From an uncultured Spirochaetota bacterium (GTDB taxonomy: Bacteria; Spirochaetota; Spirochaetia; SZUA-6; CAVTHK01): a DNA stretch of 64,000 bases. Positions within the stretch are counted from its first letter, which is position 1. The number at the start of each line of letters is the position of its first letter. Made by a program: the position numbers and the translations under genes. The notes beneath the pieces are model-generated. The model searched no databases and was not told the DNA's origin. It was given only the letters and a program-made list of their open reading frames with translations. Below, in pieces: positions 29,689-39,718 of the stretch. The stretch is taken from NCBI GenBank assembly GCA_963734495.1, contig CAVTHK010000001.1, positions 576,001-640,000 on the forward strand. Reading direction: 5' to 3'.

Positions 29689-30304
29689 CAGACGGGCCGC
29701 TGCCGTGCTCGCCGCGGCGGCCCTCGCCGCGCTCGCGGCGGCGGCCGACCCGGCTTCGCTCGGCGACCTCCTGGACGCGGCTCCCCCCGGCAGCGTGAGG
29801 CAGATGGACCGCGAGGAGCTCGACCGCCTGCTCGCCTACGGCGAGTCCAGCGGGCTCACCATCTTCGAGGTCTTCAACGAGGCGATCGTGGCCCTCGCGG
29901 CCGGCGGTCAGAAGGTCACCGTCAGCGGGGACCTGCTGCGGGACGCGACGCAGCGCTTCGACCTGGGCGGCGACCGGGTGGCTTCGCTCCTGCCGGTGGC
30001 CAAGGTCGCGCAGGTGTCCCTCGGCTCGAGCGGCACCGGCGCGCCGGGCGAGCTCGAGGTGCTCCTGCGGGAGGAGCACGCGCAGTACCTGGAGCTCGGC
30101 GACATCAGGCTTTCGACCCGCTACGGGTTCCGGGATGTCCGCCCGGGGCTCTTTGCCGACGGCTTCGGGGCGAGCGTCCGGCGCTTCGTGTTCTCCTTCA
30201 ACCTGGAAAGCATGGAGCTCTACGACCGCAACAAAGTCGCCATCCACGTCCGGAGCCTGGCCCAGCCCAAGCGCTGGCGGATCCCCCGGATCACGTCGAA
30301 GTAG
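29678..30304 (+). CDS. Hypothetical secreted protein
   Basis: 208-aa ORF with Ala/Leu signal peptide, overlapping the upstream gene. Confidence 0.7.
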   Translation: MPISRRAAAVLAAAALAALAAAADPASLGDLLDAAPPGSVRQMDREELDRLLAYGESSGLTIFEVFNEAIVALAAGGQKVTVSGDLLRDATQRFDLGGDRVASLLPVAKVAQVSLGSSGTGAPGELEVLLREEHAQYLELGDIRLSTRYGFRDVRPGLFADGFGASVRRFVFSFNLESMELYDRNKVAIHVRSLAQPKRWRIPRITSK

Positions 30305-30324
30305 ATAAAAAGAGGTCCAGCAAA

Positions 30325-31821
30325 GTGAAAACCGTGTGGCGTTGTCTCCTCGCGGCCGCGTTTGCCGTGGCAGCCTTGCCCCGGGGCCTGGCCCAGGACG
30401 CGGCCGCCTTCGAGATCACCGGGATTCGCTACCACATCGAGGGCCACACCCGGGAGTGGGTCCTCGCGAAGTTCCTCAGGGACAACGACCTGTACGTCGG
30501 CCGCACGTTCGCCTCGCGCGACGAGCTCGACTCCGTCGTCGCCAACCGCACGCAGCTCCTCGTGAACCAGCGCATGCTCGCATCCGCGCGCATCGAGACG
30601 GCGGTGGAGCCGCGCCCCGGCCAGGCAGCCGCCGTGACCCTGGACGTGCACACGAAGGACAGCTGGAACCTGATCGGACTTCCCTACTTCAAGTACGACT
30701 CCAACTCGGGCCTGCTGCTCGCCCTCCGCGGAAGGGACTACAACTTCTTCGGCACCATGCAGACGCTGACGCTGAACCTCGACTACACCTACACCGAGGA
30801 CCAGACCAACGAGTGGGGGGCCAAGTCCTCGTTCACCCTCCCGTTCGAGATGCTCGGGCACGACTGGAGCTGGGACTTCTCGGGCGGCTTCACCTACGAC
30901 ATCGGGACCGATCCCATCGACTTCAGCCAGACGGTGAACTTCGGCCTGGACCTCGAGACGACCCTGGGGATCGAGATCCCCCTCTGGCCGGACAAGTGGA
31001 CGCTCGCCTACACGCAGGGCTATCACGTCATCCGCGAGGACCAAGAGCTCGTCTACGTAAACCCCGACGGCACCACGACTGTCGCCGACGACGAGTACTA
31101 CCACGAGAGCAAAGTGTCGTTCGGCTCGACCATCCGCACGGGCTGGTACCTGCCGGCCCTGGAGGAGGTCAAGTACGTGCCCTCGGTCTTCGTCGACGTC
31201 AAGTACAAGGCCCAGGGCGAGCTCTCGCCGAACTACCGCGGATTCCAGCCGGGCTTCTCCCACGCCCTCGTGGCCGAGAGGGTCGACTGGATCGGCAACT
31301 TCCGCAACGGCGCCTCGGCCTCGATCGCCAACTCCTTCCCGTACAGCCTCTCCACCGATCGCTGGATCGCGAGCCTCACGGCCGATCTCTCCGGCTACAA
31401 GGCGGCGAGCCCCTGGGGCTTCTCCGCCCGGGTCTCGGGCTTCTACACCCCGGAAAGCGTCAACACCACGAACGCGGCGGCCCCCATCCGGGGCGTCCTG
31501 GACGGTCGCATGGAGGGCAACCTCGGGCTTTACTGGAACTCCGACATCGCGCTCAAGGTGTTCACGATACCCAGGTTCGCCGAGGCCCAGGGGGGCTTCT
31601 TCTTCGACGCCGCCATGGTGACGGACACAAACCTCTCCTTCGACACCGAGAGCGACATCAAGTACGCGGTCGGCGTCGAGGGAGTCGGCTTCCCGCTGTT
31701 CGCGCGCGCCTTCTACCTGAGGATCTCCTTCGGCTTCGACATCACCGACTTCATCAAGACGTTCAGCACCGCCGATCTGCACAAGCCCGAGATCTTCATC
31801 GGATTGGGGCACCATTACTGA
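30325..31821 (+). CDS. Outer-membrane beta-barrel protein, Omp85-like with POTRA-like N-terminus
   Basis: Signal peptide; GHTREWVL, TKDSWNLIGLPYFKYDSNSG, DYNFFGT, IRGV; C-terminus IFIGLGHHY. Confidence 0.7.
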   Translation: MKTVWRCLLAAAFAVAALPRGLAQDAAAFEITGIRYHIEGHTREWVLAKFLRDNDLYVGRTFASRDELDSVVANRTQLLVNQRMLASARIETAVEPRPGQAAAVTLDVHTKDSWNLIGLPYFKYDSNSGLLLALRGRDYNFFGTMQTLTLNLDYTYTEDQTNEWGAKSSFTLPFEMLGHDWSWDFSGGFTYDIGTDPIDFSQTVNFGLDLETTLGIEIPLWPDKWTLAYTQGYHVIREDQELVYVNPDGTTTVADDEYYHESKVSFGSTIRTGWYLPALEEVKYVPSVFVDVKYKAQGELSPNYRGFQPGFSHALVAERVDWIGNFRNGASASIANSFPYSLSTDRWIASLTADLSGYKAASPWGFSARVSGFYTPESVNTTNAAAPIRGVLDGRMEGNLGLYWNSDIALKVFTIPRFAEAQGGFFFDAAMVTDTNLSFDTESDIKYAVGVEGVGFPLFARAFYLRISFGFDITDFIKTFSTADLHKPEIFIGLGHHY

Positions 31822-31852
31822 TGCGGCCCCCCGCGGCCGCCAGGCCACAGGC

Positions 31853-32275
31853 ATGAGCATCGCGTCGTTCGCGCGCACGCTCTTCCGCGACAAGGCAAGC
31901 GGCTCTCTCGTCCAGGCGTTCCGTTACGGGATCACCTCGGCGATCTCCCTGGCCTGCGACTTCGGCGGCCTGTGGCTGCTCACCGAGAAGGCGGGCATCC
32001 ACTACCTCGTCTCGGCCGTCATCAGCTACGGCACGGGCATGATCGTCAACTACGCTTTGAGCATCCTCTGGGTCTTCCCGTCCAGGAAGCTCAAGAGCCG
32101 CGCGGTCGAGTTCGGCGCGTTCGTGGCCATCGGGCTCGCGGGGATGGGCATCAACGAGGCGCTGCTGTGGCTCCTCACAGACGTGCTGCGGCTGTACTAC
32201 CTGGTCTCCCGCGGGGTGTCCGCGGTGGTCGGGTTCGTCTGGAAGTTCGTCGCGCGCAAAGTGGCGCTATTCTGA
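31853..32275 (+). CDS. GtrA family protein
   Basis: QAFRYGI, GIHYLVS, VNYALSILWVF, FVARKVALF. Confidence 0.9.
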   Translation: MSIASFARTLFRDKASGSLVQAFRYGITSAISLACDFGGLWLLTEKAGIHYLVSAVISYGTGMIVNYALSILWVFPSRKLKSRAVEFGAFVAIGLAGMGINEALLWLLTDVLRLYYLVSRGVSAVVGFVWKFVARKVALF

Positions 32276-32948
32276 CCTGCGCTCGACCTTTACCACGAGC
32301 CTGACCAGGACAGCGGCGCAGGCGGCGGCGTAGAACGCCGCGTACGGCAGCACCACCCACCGCAGCGCGCCCGCGATCGCGCCCGCGAGCACCGCGGGCA
32401 TCAGCAGCCCCGTGATGCCGAGGTTCTCGCTGACACGCTTCTCCAGCGAGGCGCGCTGCGGTGCGGCAGCGGCGGCCGCCGGGGCGGATGTTGCGGAAGC
32501 TCTGGTGCGCCACCCGCATGAGGAGGTTGCACGCGGCGGCAACGCCGCCGGCCAGCGGCGCGCCCGCGGCCGCGCCCGCCGCAAGCAGCACCGCGGTGTA
32601 CGCGACGTAGCCGCCGAGGGCGTCGACCCAGGGGCCGTACGCGCTCCCGCCCCGCACCCGCGCGACGTTCCCGTCCACGCAGTCGAGCACGGCGAAGAGG
32701 TTAAAGAGCGCAGCTCCCGCGATCACCGCCGCCCGGCCGCCGGCGGCCATCAGCGCCGCGGCTGCGAGGCACACCACGATGCCGAAATAGGTGACGGCGT
32801 TCGCGCTCGCCCCCAGAGCGAGCGCCACGGCCGAGAGCGGGATCGAGAGCGGCCGCAGGGCGACTCGCGACCAGACCGAGTCCGGCGACGCAGCGCCTCT
32901 CGGCACCGTGCGCGCTATTTCGGCGAGAGAGACCCACCTGCCCGACAT
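32267..32948 (-). CDS. CDP-alcohol phosphotransferase family protein (frameshift ~32460-32480)
   Basis: SANAVT and signature LDCVDGNVAR..G.W.DALG. Confidence 0.85.
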
Positions 32949-32983
32949 ACGCCTTCACCTGACCTTTGTTCCAGCGCCAAGCG

Positions 32984-33012
32984 TAGACTGCGGCGCGCGC
33001 CCGCGCTATGCT
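32984..33012 (+). promoter_or_regulatory. Putative sigma70-type promoter
   Basis: TAGACT-N17-TATGCT, 8 nt before GTG 33021. Confidence 0.45.
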
Positions 33013-33020
33013 CTCGCGCG

Positions 33021-34106
33021 GTGAAACCGCGGCTCGGGATCTTCACGCGCCCCATCGACCAGGGCACGAGCGGGAGCGGAGCGCACCTGCTCGAGATCGT
33101 CAGCGCCTTCATGGCGATCAACCGCGATTTCGAGCTGACGCTCATCCACTACGAGCGCAGCGACCGCGAGATCTACGCCCGCGCGCGCGAGCTCGTCGTC
33201 CCGAGGAGCCCCATCGGCGCGGCCCGCGCCCTGGCGCGCGAGCGCTTCGACGTCGTCCACTACAGCCCGCTCACGATCTACGCGCCCCTCTGGGGGGTGA
33301 GGGCGCGGAAGGTCGCGACGATCCACGGCGTGGAGCAGCTTCTGCTGCCGCGCTTCTACCCGGCCGCCACGTACGCCCACGAGCTGCTGGTGGTGCCGCC
33401 CTACGCGCGGGCGATGGACGCGATCGTCACGGTGTCCGAGACGACGCGCGCCTTTATCGCGCGGCGCTACCGGATCCCGCCGCAGCGCATCACGGTGTGC
33501 CCGAACGCTGTGAGCGCGGCCTATCGCGTGATGCCCCGCACGGAAGTCTCCGCGCCCGCGCGTCACGGCATCGCCGGCCCTTACGTCATCCACGTGAGCC
33601 GCTTCTCGGAGCGCAAGAACCCGTGGACGATGCTGCGGGCCTTCGCGGCGTTCGCGGCCTCGCCCGAAGGCCGCGATCACAGCCTCGTGCTCCTCGGCAA
33701 AGGGTGGGACTCGGAACGGGTCCGCGATTTTGGCAGCCCCTCGGGGAAGCTCGTTGCGCCGGGCTACGTGAGCGAGCGCGACAAGGTCGAGCTGCTGAAC
33801 GCGGCCTCCCTGTTCCTCTACCCTTCGTTCGCCGAGGGGTTCGGCATGCCCAACCTCGAAGCGATGGCCTGCGGGTGCCCCGTGGTCACGTCGCGGGCCT
33901 TCGCGATCCCGGAGATCGTCGGCGACGCGGCGCTGATGATCGACGATCCGCGCGACCACGCGGGCCTCGCCGCGCTCATGTCCCGGGTGGTCCGAGAGCC
34001 CGCCCTGCGCGCTTCGCTCGTGGAGCGCGGCCTCGGGCGCGCGGCCGCATTCTCGTGGGAGGAAAGCGCGCGGCGCCTCCTCGAGGTCTACAGGCGCCTG
34101 CTCTGA
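33021..34106 (+). CDS. Glycosyltransferase family 4 (MtfB-like)
   Basis: VATIHG, TVSETT, ERKN, YPSFAEGFGMPNLEAMACGCPV, FSWEESAR. Confidence 0.92.
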   Translation: MKPRLGIFTRPIDQGTSGSGAHLLEIVSAFMAINRDFELTLIHYERSDREIYARARELVVPRSPIGAARALARERFDVVHYSPLTIYAPLWGVRARKVATIHGVEQLLLPRFYPAATYAHELLVVPPYARAMDAIVTVSETTRAFIARRYRIPPQRITVCPNAVSAAYRVMPRTEVSAPARHGIAGPYVIHVSRFSERKNPWTMLRAFAAFAASPEGRDHSLVLLGKGWDSERVRDFGSPSGKLVAPGYVSERDKVELLNAASLFLYPSFAEGFGMPNLEAMACGCPVVTSRAFAIPEIVGDAALMIDDPRDHAGLAALMSRVVREPALRASLVERGLGRAAAFSWEESARRLLEVYRRLL

Positions 34107-34135
34107 CCGCGGCGTGTCGCCGCGGCCCCGGCTCT

Positions 34136-35305
34136 TCAGGTCCCGTGGACGCGCCTGCAGACCTCGCGGAGCAGCTTCTCGAACTCGCCGGTCCAGTCGA
34201 AGTCGAAGTGCGCCCTCCTTGCGCGGCAGAGAGCTGCCACGCGCTCGTAGGCCGCGGGGTCGCGGTAGAGGGCGAGGATGCGGTCGGCGATCGCCTGCGC
34301 GTCGCCGGGCGGGAACAGGAGCTCCGGGGCGCGCAGCATGTCGGGGATCCCGCCGACCCAGGTCCCGATCACCGGCGTGCCGACGTGCAGCGCCTCGAGG
34401 ACCGCGCCGGGGTAGCTGTCGAACAGCGACGGGACGATCACGAGGTCGGCCGCCGCGGTCATCGGGAATGTGTCGGCGACCCAGCCGTGGAACTTCACCA
34501 TGCCCTGGATGCCCGCGCTGCGCACCCGCGATTCGAGCTCGCCGCGCCCCTCGCCCTGGCCCACGACGTCGATCGAAAGATCGCGCACGCCGGCGGCGGC
34601 GACGATCTCCACGGCGCGGATCAGGTGCGCGACCCCCTTGCGCTCGCCCAGGCCGCCGACAAAGAGGATGCGCCGGAGCGATCGGCTCGCGTTGGACCCC
34701 GCCATCTCCTGCCTGAAACGCGGGAGCCGGATGTCCGCCCTCACGACCCGCACGCGCAGGCGCGACGCCGGCTCCCGCGAGACGAAGTCTTCCAGGTCGT
34801 AGCCGCTCTGGAACACGACCAGGTCGGCCGCGCGGGCGATCATCCGCTCGTAGCGGCGAGCCTTGGTCAGGTCCCAGAGGATGCCCGCGGCGACCAGCGG
34901 CCTGAACATGTTCTCGCGCACCGATATGAGCTCTTCCCGTACGGTGTTGTGCCTCTGAACGTAGAGCAGCGGGGCGCGCAGACGACGCCTGAGCAGGGCG
35001 GCGGCCGGGAGATGGCTCTCGCCGAAGGCCATGATGACGTCGATCGCCGGGGCCTGCGCGCGGATCGTCTGCAGCCCGTTGCGCACCGCGGCGCGGAAGG
35101 CGAGTGCCGCCGGCCTCAGAGCGCCGGGGACGTAGGGGACCGGGAAGCGGATGGGACGGAAGTGCGCGGGGAGGTAATCGAGGGAGGTGTTGAGGATGAC
35201 GCTGACGGCGTTGCCGCGGGCGGCCAGGCCCTCCATGAGATCGAGGTAGCGCGTGTGCCCCCCGGTGCGTATCTCGTGGTTCAGGAGGAGCCCGAGGATG
35301 TTCAT
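34136..35305 (-). CDS. Glycosyltransferase family 4
   Basis: RTGGH, ERKG, VPSLFDSYPGAVLEALHVGTPVI. Confidence 0.88.
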   Translation of the reverse strand: MNILGLLLNHEIRTGGHTRYLDLMEGLAARGNAVSVILNTSLDYLPAHFRPIRFPVPYVPGALRPAALAFRAAVRNGLQTIRAQAPAIDVIMAFGESHLPAAALLRRRLRAPLLYVQRHNTVREELISVRENMFRPLVAAGILWDLTKARRYERMIARAADLVVFQSGYDLEDFVSREPASRLRVRVVRADIRLPRFRQEMAGSNASRSLRRILFVGGLGERKGVAHLIRAVEIVAAAGVRDLSIDVVGQGEGRGELESRVRSAGIQGMVKFHGWVADTFPMTAAADLVIVPSLFDSYPGAVLEALHVGTPVIGTWVGGIPDMLRAPELLFPPGDAQAIADRILALYRDPAAYERVAALCRARRAHFDFDWTGEFEKLLREVCRRVHGT

Positions 35306-36463
35306 GGCGCCGCCGCACCCTGTGCAGTGCGCATCGCGTCGGCGAATGCGGCGCCCCAGTCGAAGCGGAACGCGCCGGCGCGGGCGCGGCAGAGCTCCCG
35401 GGCGCGCAGGTAGAGGGTGGGGGACTCGAGCATCGCCCGGATCCTGTCGCGGATGGCCTCGGCGCTCATGGGCTCGAAGAGCAGCTCGTCCCGGCCGAGC
35501 ATGTCGGGGAGTCCGCCCACGCGGCTTCCGATCACCGGGGTGCCGACATGCAGCGCTTCCAGAACGACGTCCGGGTAGCTGTCGAACAGCGAAGGCACCA
35601 CCATGAGATCGGCGGCGCCGATGAGCGGGAACGGATCGCTCTGCCGGCCGAGGAGCCGGATGCGGCCGTTCATGCCCAGACGATCGACGTGGTCCTGCCA
35701 TTTCGACAGCGCCGGGCCCCAGCCGATCACGTCGAGCGAGACGTCGCAGCCGGCGCCGATCAGCTGCTCGACGGCAGCCATGAGGTACCGGATGCCCTTG
35801 CGCTCCCCGAAGTTCCCGACGAACACGAGCCGCTGCAGTCTCGTGCTGCGATTGATGTCCCTGTCGGCGGCCCGGAAGCGCGGCCCGCCGATGTTGCCGC
35901 GAATGACCACGGTCCTCCCCGCTGCCGCCGGCACTCGCGAGAGGTAGTCACGCTCGTCGAAGGCGCTCTGGAACACCAGAAGGTCGGACCGCGCCGCGAT
36001 GAAGCGCTCGTACGCCCTGAACTTGATCATCTCGAAGCGGATGCGCGCCCGAGCCACGCCCCGCCTGGAGTTCTCGCGGAGCGACATCAGCGCCTCGGCC
36101 ACCGCGTTGCTGCGGTAGGCGAAGGCGAGCTTCGCGTGCAGCAGCGCCTTGAGCAGGAGACCCGCGAGGAAGTGGCTCTCGCCGTGGACCATGACCCAGT
36201 CGGCCCCCGCGGCCTCGGCCTTGATCCGCCTTCCTGCGCGGGCGATCGCGAGCGCCGCGCGGAGCGAAAACGGCAGGGGCCGTTTGCGCGGCTCGGGCGG
36301 CAGAGCTAGCGAGCCGCGCGCGCTCCGTGGCGAAGTCCAGGCCTTCGCCCCTGATCAGCACGACGTCGTTTCCGAGGCGCGCGAGATCGTCGGCCAGCTC
36401 GAGGTACCTGCGGTGGCCGCCGGTGCGGATGGCGGGGTTCAGGAAGACGCAGACGATCTTCAT
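35302..36463 (-). CDS. Glycosyltransferase family 4, paralog of 34136-35305 (frameshift ~36220-36320)
   Basis: RTGGHRRYLEL, GESH, ERKG, VPSLFDSYPDVVLEALHVGTPVI. Confidence 0.85.
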
Positions 36464-37572
36464 GCGCGATCCCGCACCAGACCGCAGGCGAAGTCGTACA
36501 TCTGCTCGAGGCGTGAGCGCCAGTCGAGGCGTCTCCTGGAGAACTCGCGCATGTCTTGGGATATCCCGTGGCCGGCGGTGACACGGGCGGCGAACTCCAC
36601 GACCCGGCCGATGTCGATCGGGCTGTCGTTGCCGTCCATCTTGAGCGCGAAGGCGGCGTCGGCGGGGATGTCGCTGTCGTCGTACGCGTATATGAACGGG
36701 ATGCCTCGAGCGGCATACTCGCGAACCTTCAGCGCGCATGCCTCGCGCATGCCCTTGCGATGCACCGCCAGCGACCCGACCGCCAGAGTCGCTTCTCCCA
36801 TTCGCCGTTCCAGGTCGCTCCCGTAGACCGGACCGACGATCCTCACGATGTGGCGGCCCTGCGCGTTGATCCTCTCTGCTTCCTGGACGAGCTCGCGATC
36901 GGGGCTCCCGATCAGCGCGAGCTCTATCGATACTCCTTCGCCGTAGACGCGCAGCCCATCCAGGAGCCTGTCGCAACCTTGCCAGGTCTGGAAGCTCGAC
37001 GCTACCATGACGAGCTTGAGAGTTCTGCCGTCAAACGGAACGAAGCGCGTGAACCCCGTGGCGCCGACGTCGATCCCGTTTGTGACCGTGGCCGAGGGCT
37101 TCGGCCTACGTCCTGCCTTCGCGACCTCGAGCCTGCGGATCTCGTTGGTGACCCCGATGATGCCGGCCACGCGTCCCAGCACGTAGCGGCTCGCGAGGCG
37201 GACAGCACACGCGAGGACCGCGCGTTTGAACGACCTGCCTGCCCGCAACTCGGCGATCTCGTCGGTGTGGTGCTCCGTGATGATCCTGCCTCCTTGACGC
37301 GCCGCGGCCAGCAGGAGGCCGAGCGGCACCTTGGGGAAACGCAGGATGGCCATGTCGCACGTTGCCAGGGCATCCCCGATCTGGCGCAGATTCGAGAGAT
37401 TGTCGCGGAGGATCGACAGCGGGCTCCAGCGGCCGCGGCGATCATCGGCGCCGGCAAGAGCTCGGAACTCCAGGCCAAGCCCCATTTCGGAGGCAATCGC
37501 CGCCTGCTGCCTGAGCTTGCGCTCGACGCCACCGCCGGGCGAAGAGTCGAGATGGGCCACGCGAGCCTTCAT
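36460..37572 (-). CDS. GT-B glycosyltransferase
   Basis: GGGVERKL, TNGID, WQGCDRL, LKVREYAARGIPFI. Confidence 0.82.
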   Translation of the reverse strand: MKARVAHLDSSPGGGVERKLRQQAAIASEMGLGLEFRALAGADDRRGRWSPLSILRDNLSNLRQIGDALATCDMAILRFPKVPLGLLLAAARQGGRIITEHHTDEIAELRAGRSFKRAVLACAVRLASRYVLGRVAGIIGVTNEIRRLEVAKAGRRPKPSATVTNGIDVGATGFTRFVPFDGRTLKLVMVASSFQTWQGCDRLLDGLRVYGEGVSIELALIGSPDRELVQEAERINAQGRHIVRIVGPVYGSDLERRMGEATLAVGSLAVHRKGMREACALKVREYAARGIPFIYAYDDSDIPADAAFALKMDGNDSPIDIGRVVEFAARVTAGHGISQDMREFSRRRLDWRSRLEQMYDFACGLVRDRA

Positions 37573-38567
37573 CAGCGGGCCCCGGATTCCGCGATGGGCC
37601 CCGTCGATTCCCGTCGGTCGTGCGACGCCAGGACAGCGCGCTGGGCGCGGAACCATTCGCAGGTTCTCCTCAGCCCCTCGTCCAGGGAGATGGAGGATTG
37701 CCAGCCGAGATTCCGCAGGCGCGAGACATCGAGCAGCTTGCGCGGGGTGCCGTTGGGACGGGAGGCGTCCCACAGGATGCGACCCCTGTATCCCACCGCG
37801 GAGGCCACCTTTTCGGCCAGGTCCTTGATGGTGATGTCGTCGCCGGTGCCGATATTCAGGAGCTCCCCAGCATCGCGGGTGTCGTGATGCTCCATGAGAA
37901 AGACGACGGCGTCGGCCAGATCGTCCACGTATAGAAACTCGCGCCTTGGAGAGCCGTCGCCCCAGAGCGTCACGGGCCCGTCGCTGTCCAGGGCGTCCGC
38001 CATCTTGCGGATCAGCGCGGGCAGGACGTGAGAGCTCTGCGTATCGAAGTTGTCGTGGGGACCGTAGAGATTGGACGGCATGACGGACAGAAACTGCGTC
38101 CCGTACTGCCGGTTGTAGGAAGAGCAGAGCTTGACGGCGGCAATCTTGGCCACGGCGTAGGGCTCGTTGGTGTCTTCAAGCGGGCCGGTGAGGAGGTACT
38201 CCTCCTTGAGCGGCTGCGGCGCAAGCCGCGGATAGATGCAGGACGAGCCGAGGTTCAGCAGCTTCTTCGCCCCTGCAAGGCAGGCCGCGTGGATCACGTT
38301 CGCGGACATCATGATGTTGTCGTAGATGAACTCGGCCCTGCGCGTGCTGTTGGCGAGGATCCCGCCCACGGTTCCGGCGGCGAAGAAGACGCAGTCGGGC
38401 TTTTCGCGCAGAAAGAACGCGTTGGTCGCCTGCTGGTCTCTCAGGTCGAGCTCCCCGCGCGTGCGAACGACGATGTTGCCGTAGCCGCGTGCGACGAGCC
38501 GGCGCAGGATGGCAGACCCGACCAGGCCCCTGTGGCCCGCGACGTATACTCTGTCGCTGGTGTGCAC
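37572..38567 (-). CDS. fcl: GDP-L-fucose synthase
   Basis: VAGHRGLVGSA, VGGILAN, LGSSCIYP, YAVAK, SHVLPALIRK, WGDGSPRREFL. Confidence 0.95.
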   Translation of the reverse strand: MHTSDRVYVAGHRGLVGSAILRRLVARGYGNIVVRTRGELDLRDQQATNAFFLREKPDCVFFAAGTVGGILANSTRRAEFIYDNIMMSANVIHAACLAGAKKLLNLGSSCIYPRLAPQPLKEEYLLTGPLEDTNEPYAVAKIAAVKLCSSYNRQYGTQFLSVMPSNLYGPHDNFDTQSSHVLPALIRKMADALDSDGPVTLWGDGSPRREFLYVDDLADAVVFLMEHHDTRDAGELLNIGTGDDITIKDLAEKVASAVGYRGRILWDASRPNGTPRKLLDVSRLRNLGWQSSISLDEGLRRTCEWFRAQRAVLASHDRRESTGPIAESGAR

Positions 38568-38599
38568 GGAATTCCTCCGCCGCGGCGGCGACGTCGCGC

Positions 38600-39685
38600 C
38601 TACTCCTGGCCTCTGGCGTCGTCGAAGCCGCCCTTGCTCAGGTACGCGTCCCGCTCCGCCTCCCGCAGGTCGGAGGCGACCATCATCCTGACCAGCTCGG
38701 AGAACCCGACGGACGGTCGCCATCCCAGCTTCGTCCTGGCCCTGGACGGGTCACCGAGCAGATGCTCGGCCTCGCTCGGCCGGAAATAGCGCGGATCCAC
38801 CTGGATGCGGACGCTGCCCGTCGATGCGTCGATTCCCTGCTCGCCGGCGCCGCGCCCGCGCCATTCGATGTCGATGCCGGCGCAGGCGAATGCCTCCTGC
38901 GCGAACTCTCGAACCGAGTGGCTCTGCCCCGTCGCGATCACGTAGTCGTCCGGCTCGGGGGCCTGCAGCATCAGCCACATCGCCTCCGCGTAGTCGCCCG
39001 CAAATCCCCAGTCCCGCGTGGCATCGAGATTGCCGAGGTACAGCCGATCCAGGAGCCCCATCTTGATGGCGGCGACGGCCCGCGTGATTTTCCTGGTCAC
39101 GAAAGTCTCCCCGCGGCGCGGGCCTTCGTGATTGAACAGGATCCCGTTGCAGGCGAACAGACCGTATGCCTCCCGGTAGTTCACCGTGATCCAGTGGGCG
39201 TAAACCTTGGCCGCGCCGTAAGGGCTGCGGGGATGGAACGGGGTCGATTCTCTCTGCGGGGTCTCCTGCGCCTGGCCGAACATCTCGCTGGTCGATGCCT
39301 GGTAGAAGCGCACCCGGTCGGTCAGCCCCAGGATGCGGACCGCCTCCAGCAGGCGCAGGGTCCCCAGGGCGTCGGAGTTGGCCGTGTATTCGGGAGTCTC
39401 GAAGGATACCTTGACGTGGCTTTGCGCACCCAGGTTGTAAATCTCGTCGGGCTGCACTTCCTGGATGATGCGGATCAGGTTGGAGGAATCCGTCAGATCT
39501 CCATAGTGGAGGCTGAAGCGGACTTCGGATTCGTGAGGATCCTGGTAGAGGTGATCGATGCGATCCGTGTTGAAGAGCGAGGCGCGGCGCTTGATCCCGT
39601 GAACGCGGTACTGCCTGGAGAGCAGGAGCTCAGACAGATACGAGCCGTCCTGTCCGGTGACGCCCGTGATCAGCGCCGTCTTCAA
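38600..39685 (-). CDS. gmd: GDP-mannose 4,6-dehydratase
   Basis: [49 protein letters not shown]. Confidence 0.97.
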   Translation of the reverse strand: MKTALITGVTGQDGSYLSELLLSRQYRVHGIKRRASLFNTDRIDHLYQDPHESEVRFSLHYGDLTDSSNLIRIIQEVQPDEIYNLGAQSHVKVSFETPEYTANSDALGTLRLLEAVRILGLTDRVRFYQASTSEMFGQAQETPQRESTPFHPRSPYGAAKVYAHWITVNYREAYGLFACNGILFNHEGPRRGETFVTRKITRAVAAIKMGLLDRLYLGNLDATRDWGFAGDYAEAMWLMLQAPEPDDYVIATGQSHSVREFAQEAFACAGIDIEWRGRGAGEQGIDASTGSVRIQVDPRYFRPSEAEHLLGDPSRARTKLGWRPSVGFSELVRMMVASDLREAERDAYLSKGGFDDARGQE

Positions 39686-39718
39686 ACCATCGTCTCCCGT
39701 GGCGGATTGTCTTCCGTC

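Noticed and set aside
36963-36973. GGAGCCTGTCG as a third repeat copy
   Set aside because: Only 11 bp, inside a coding region, with no flanking similarity.
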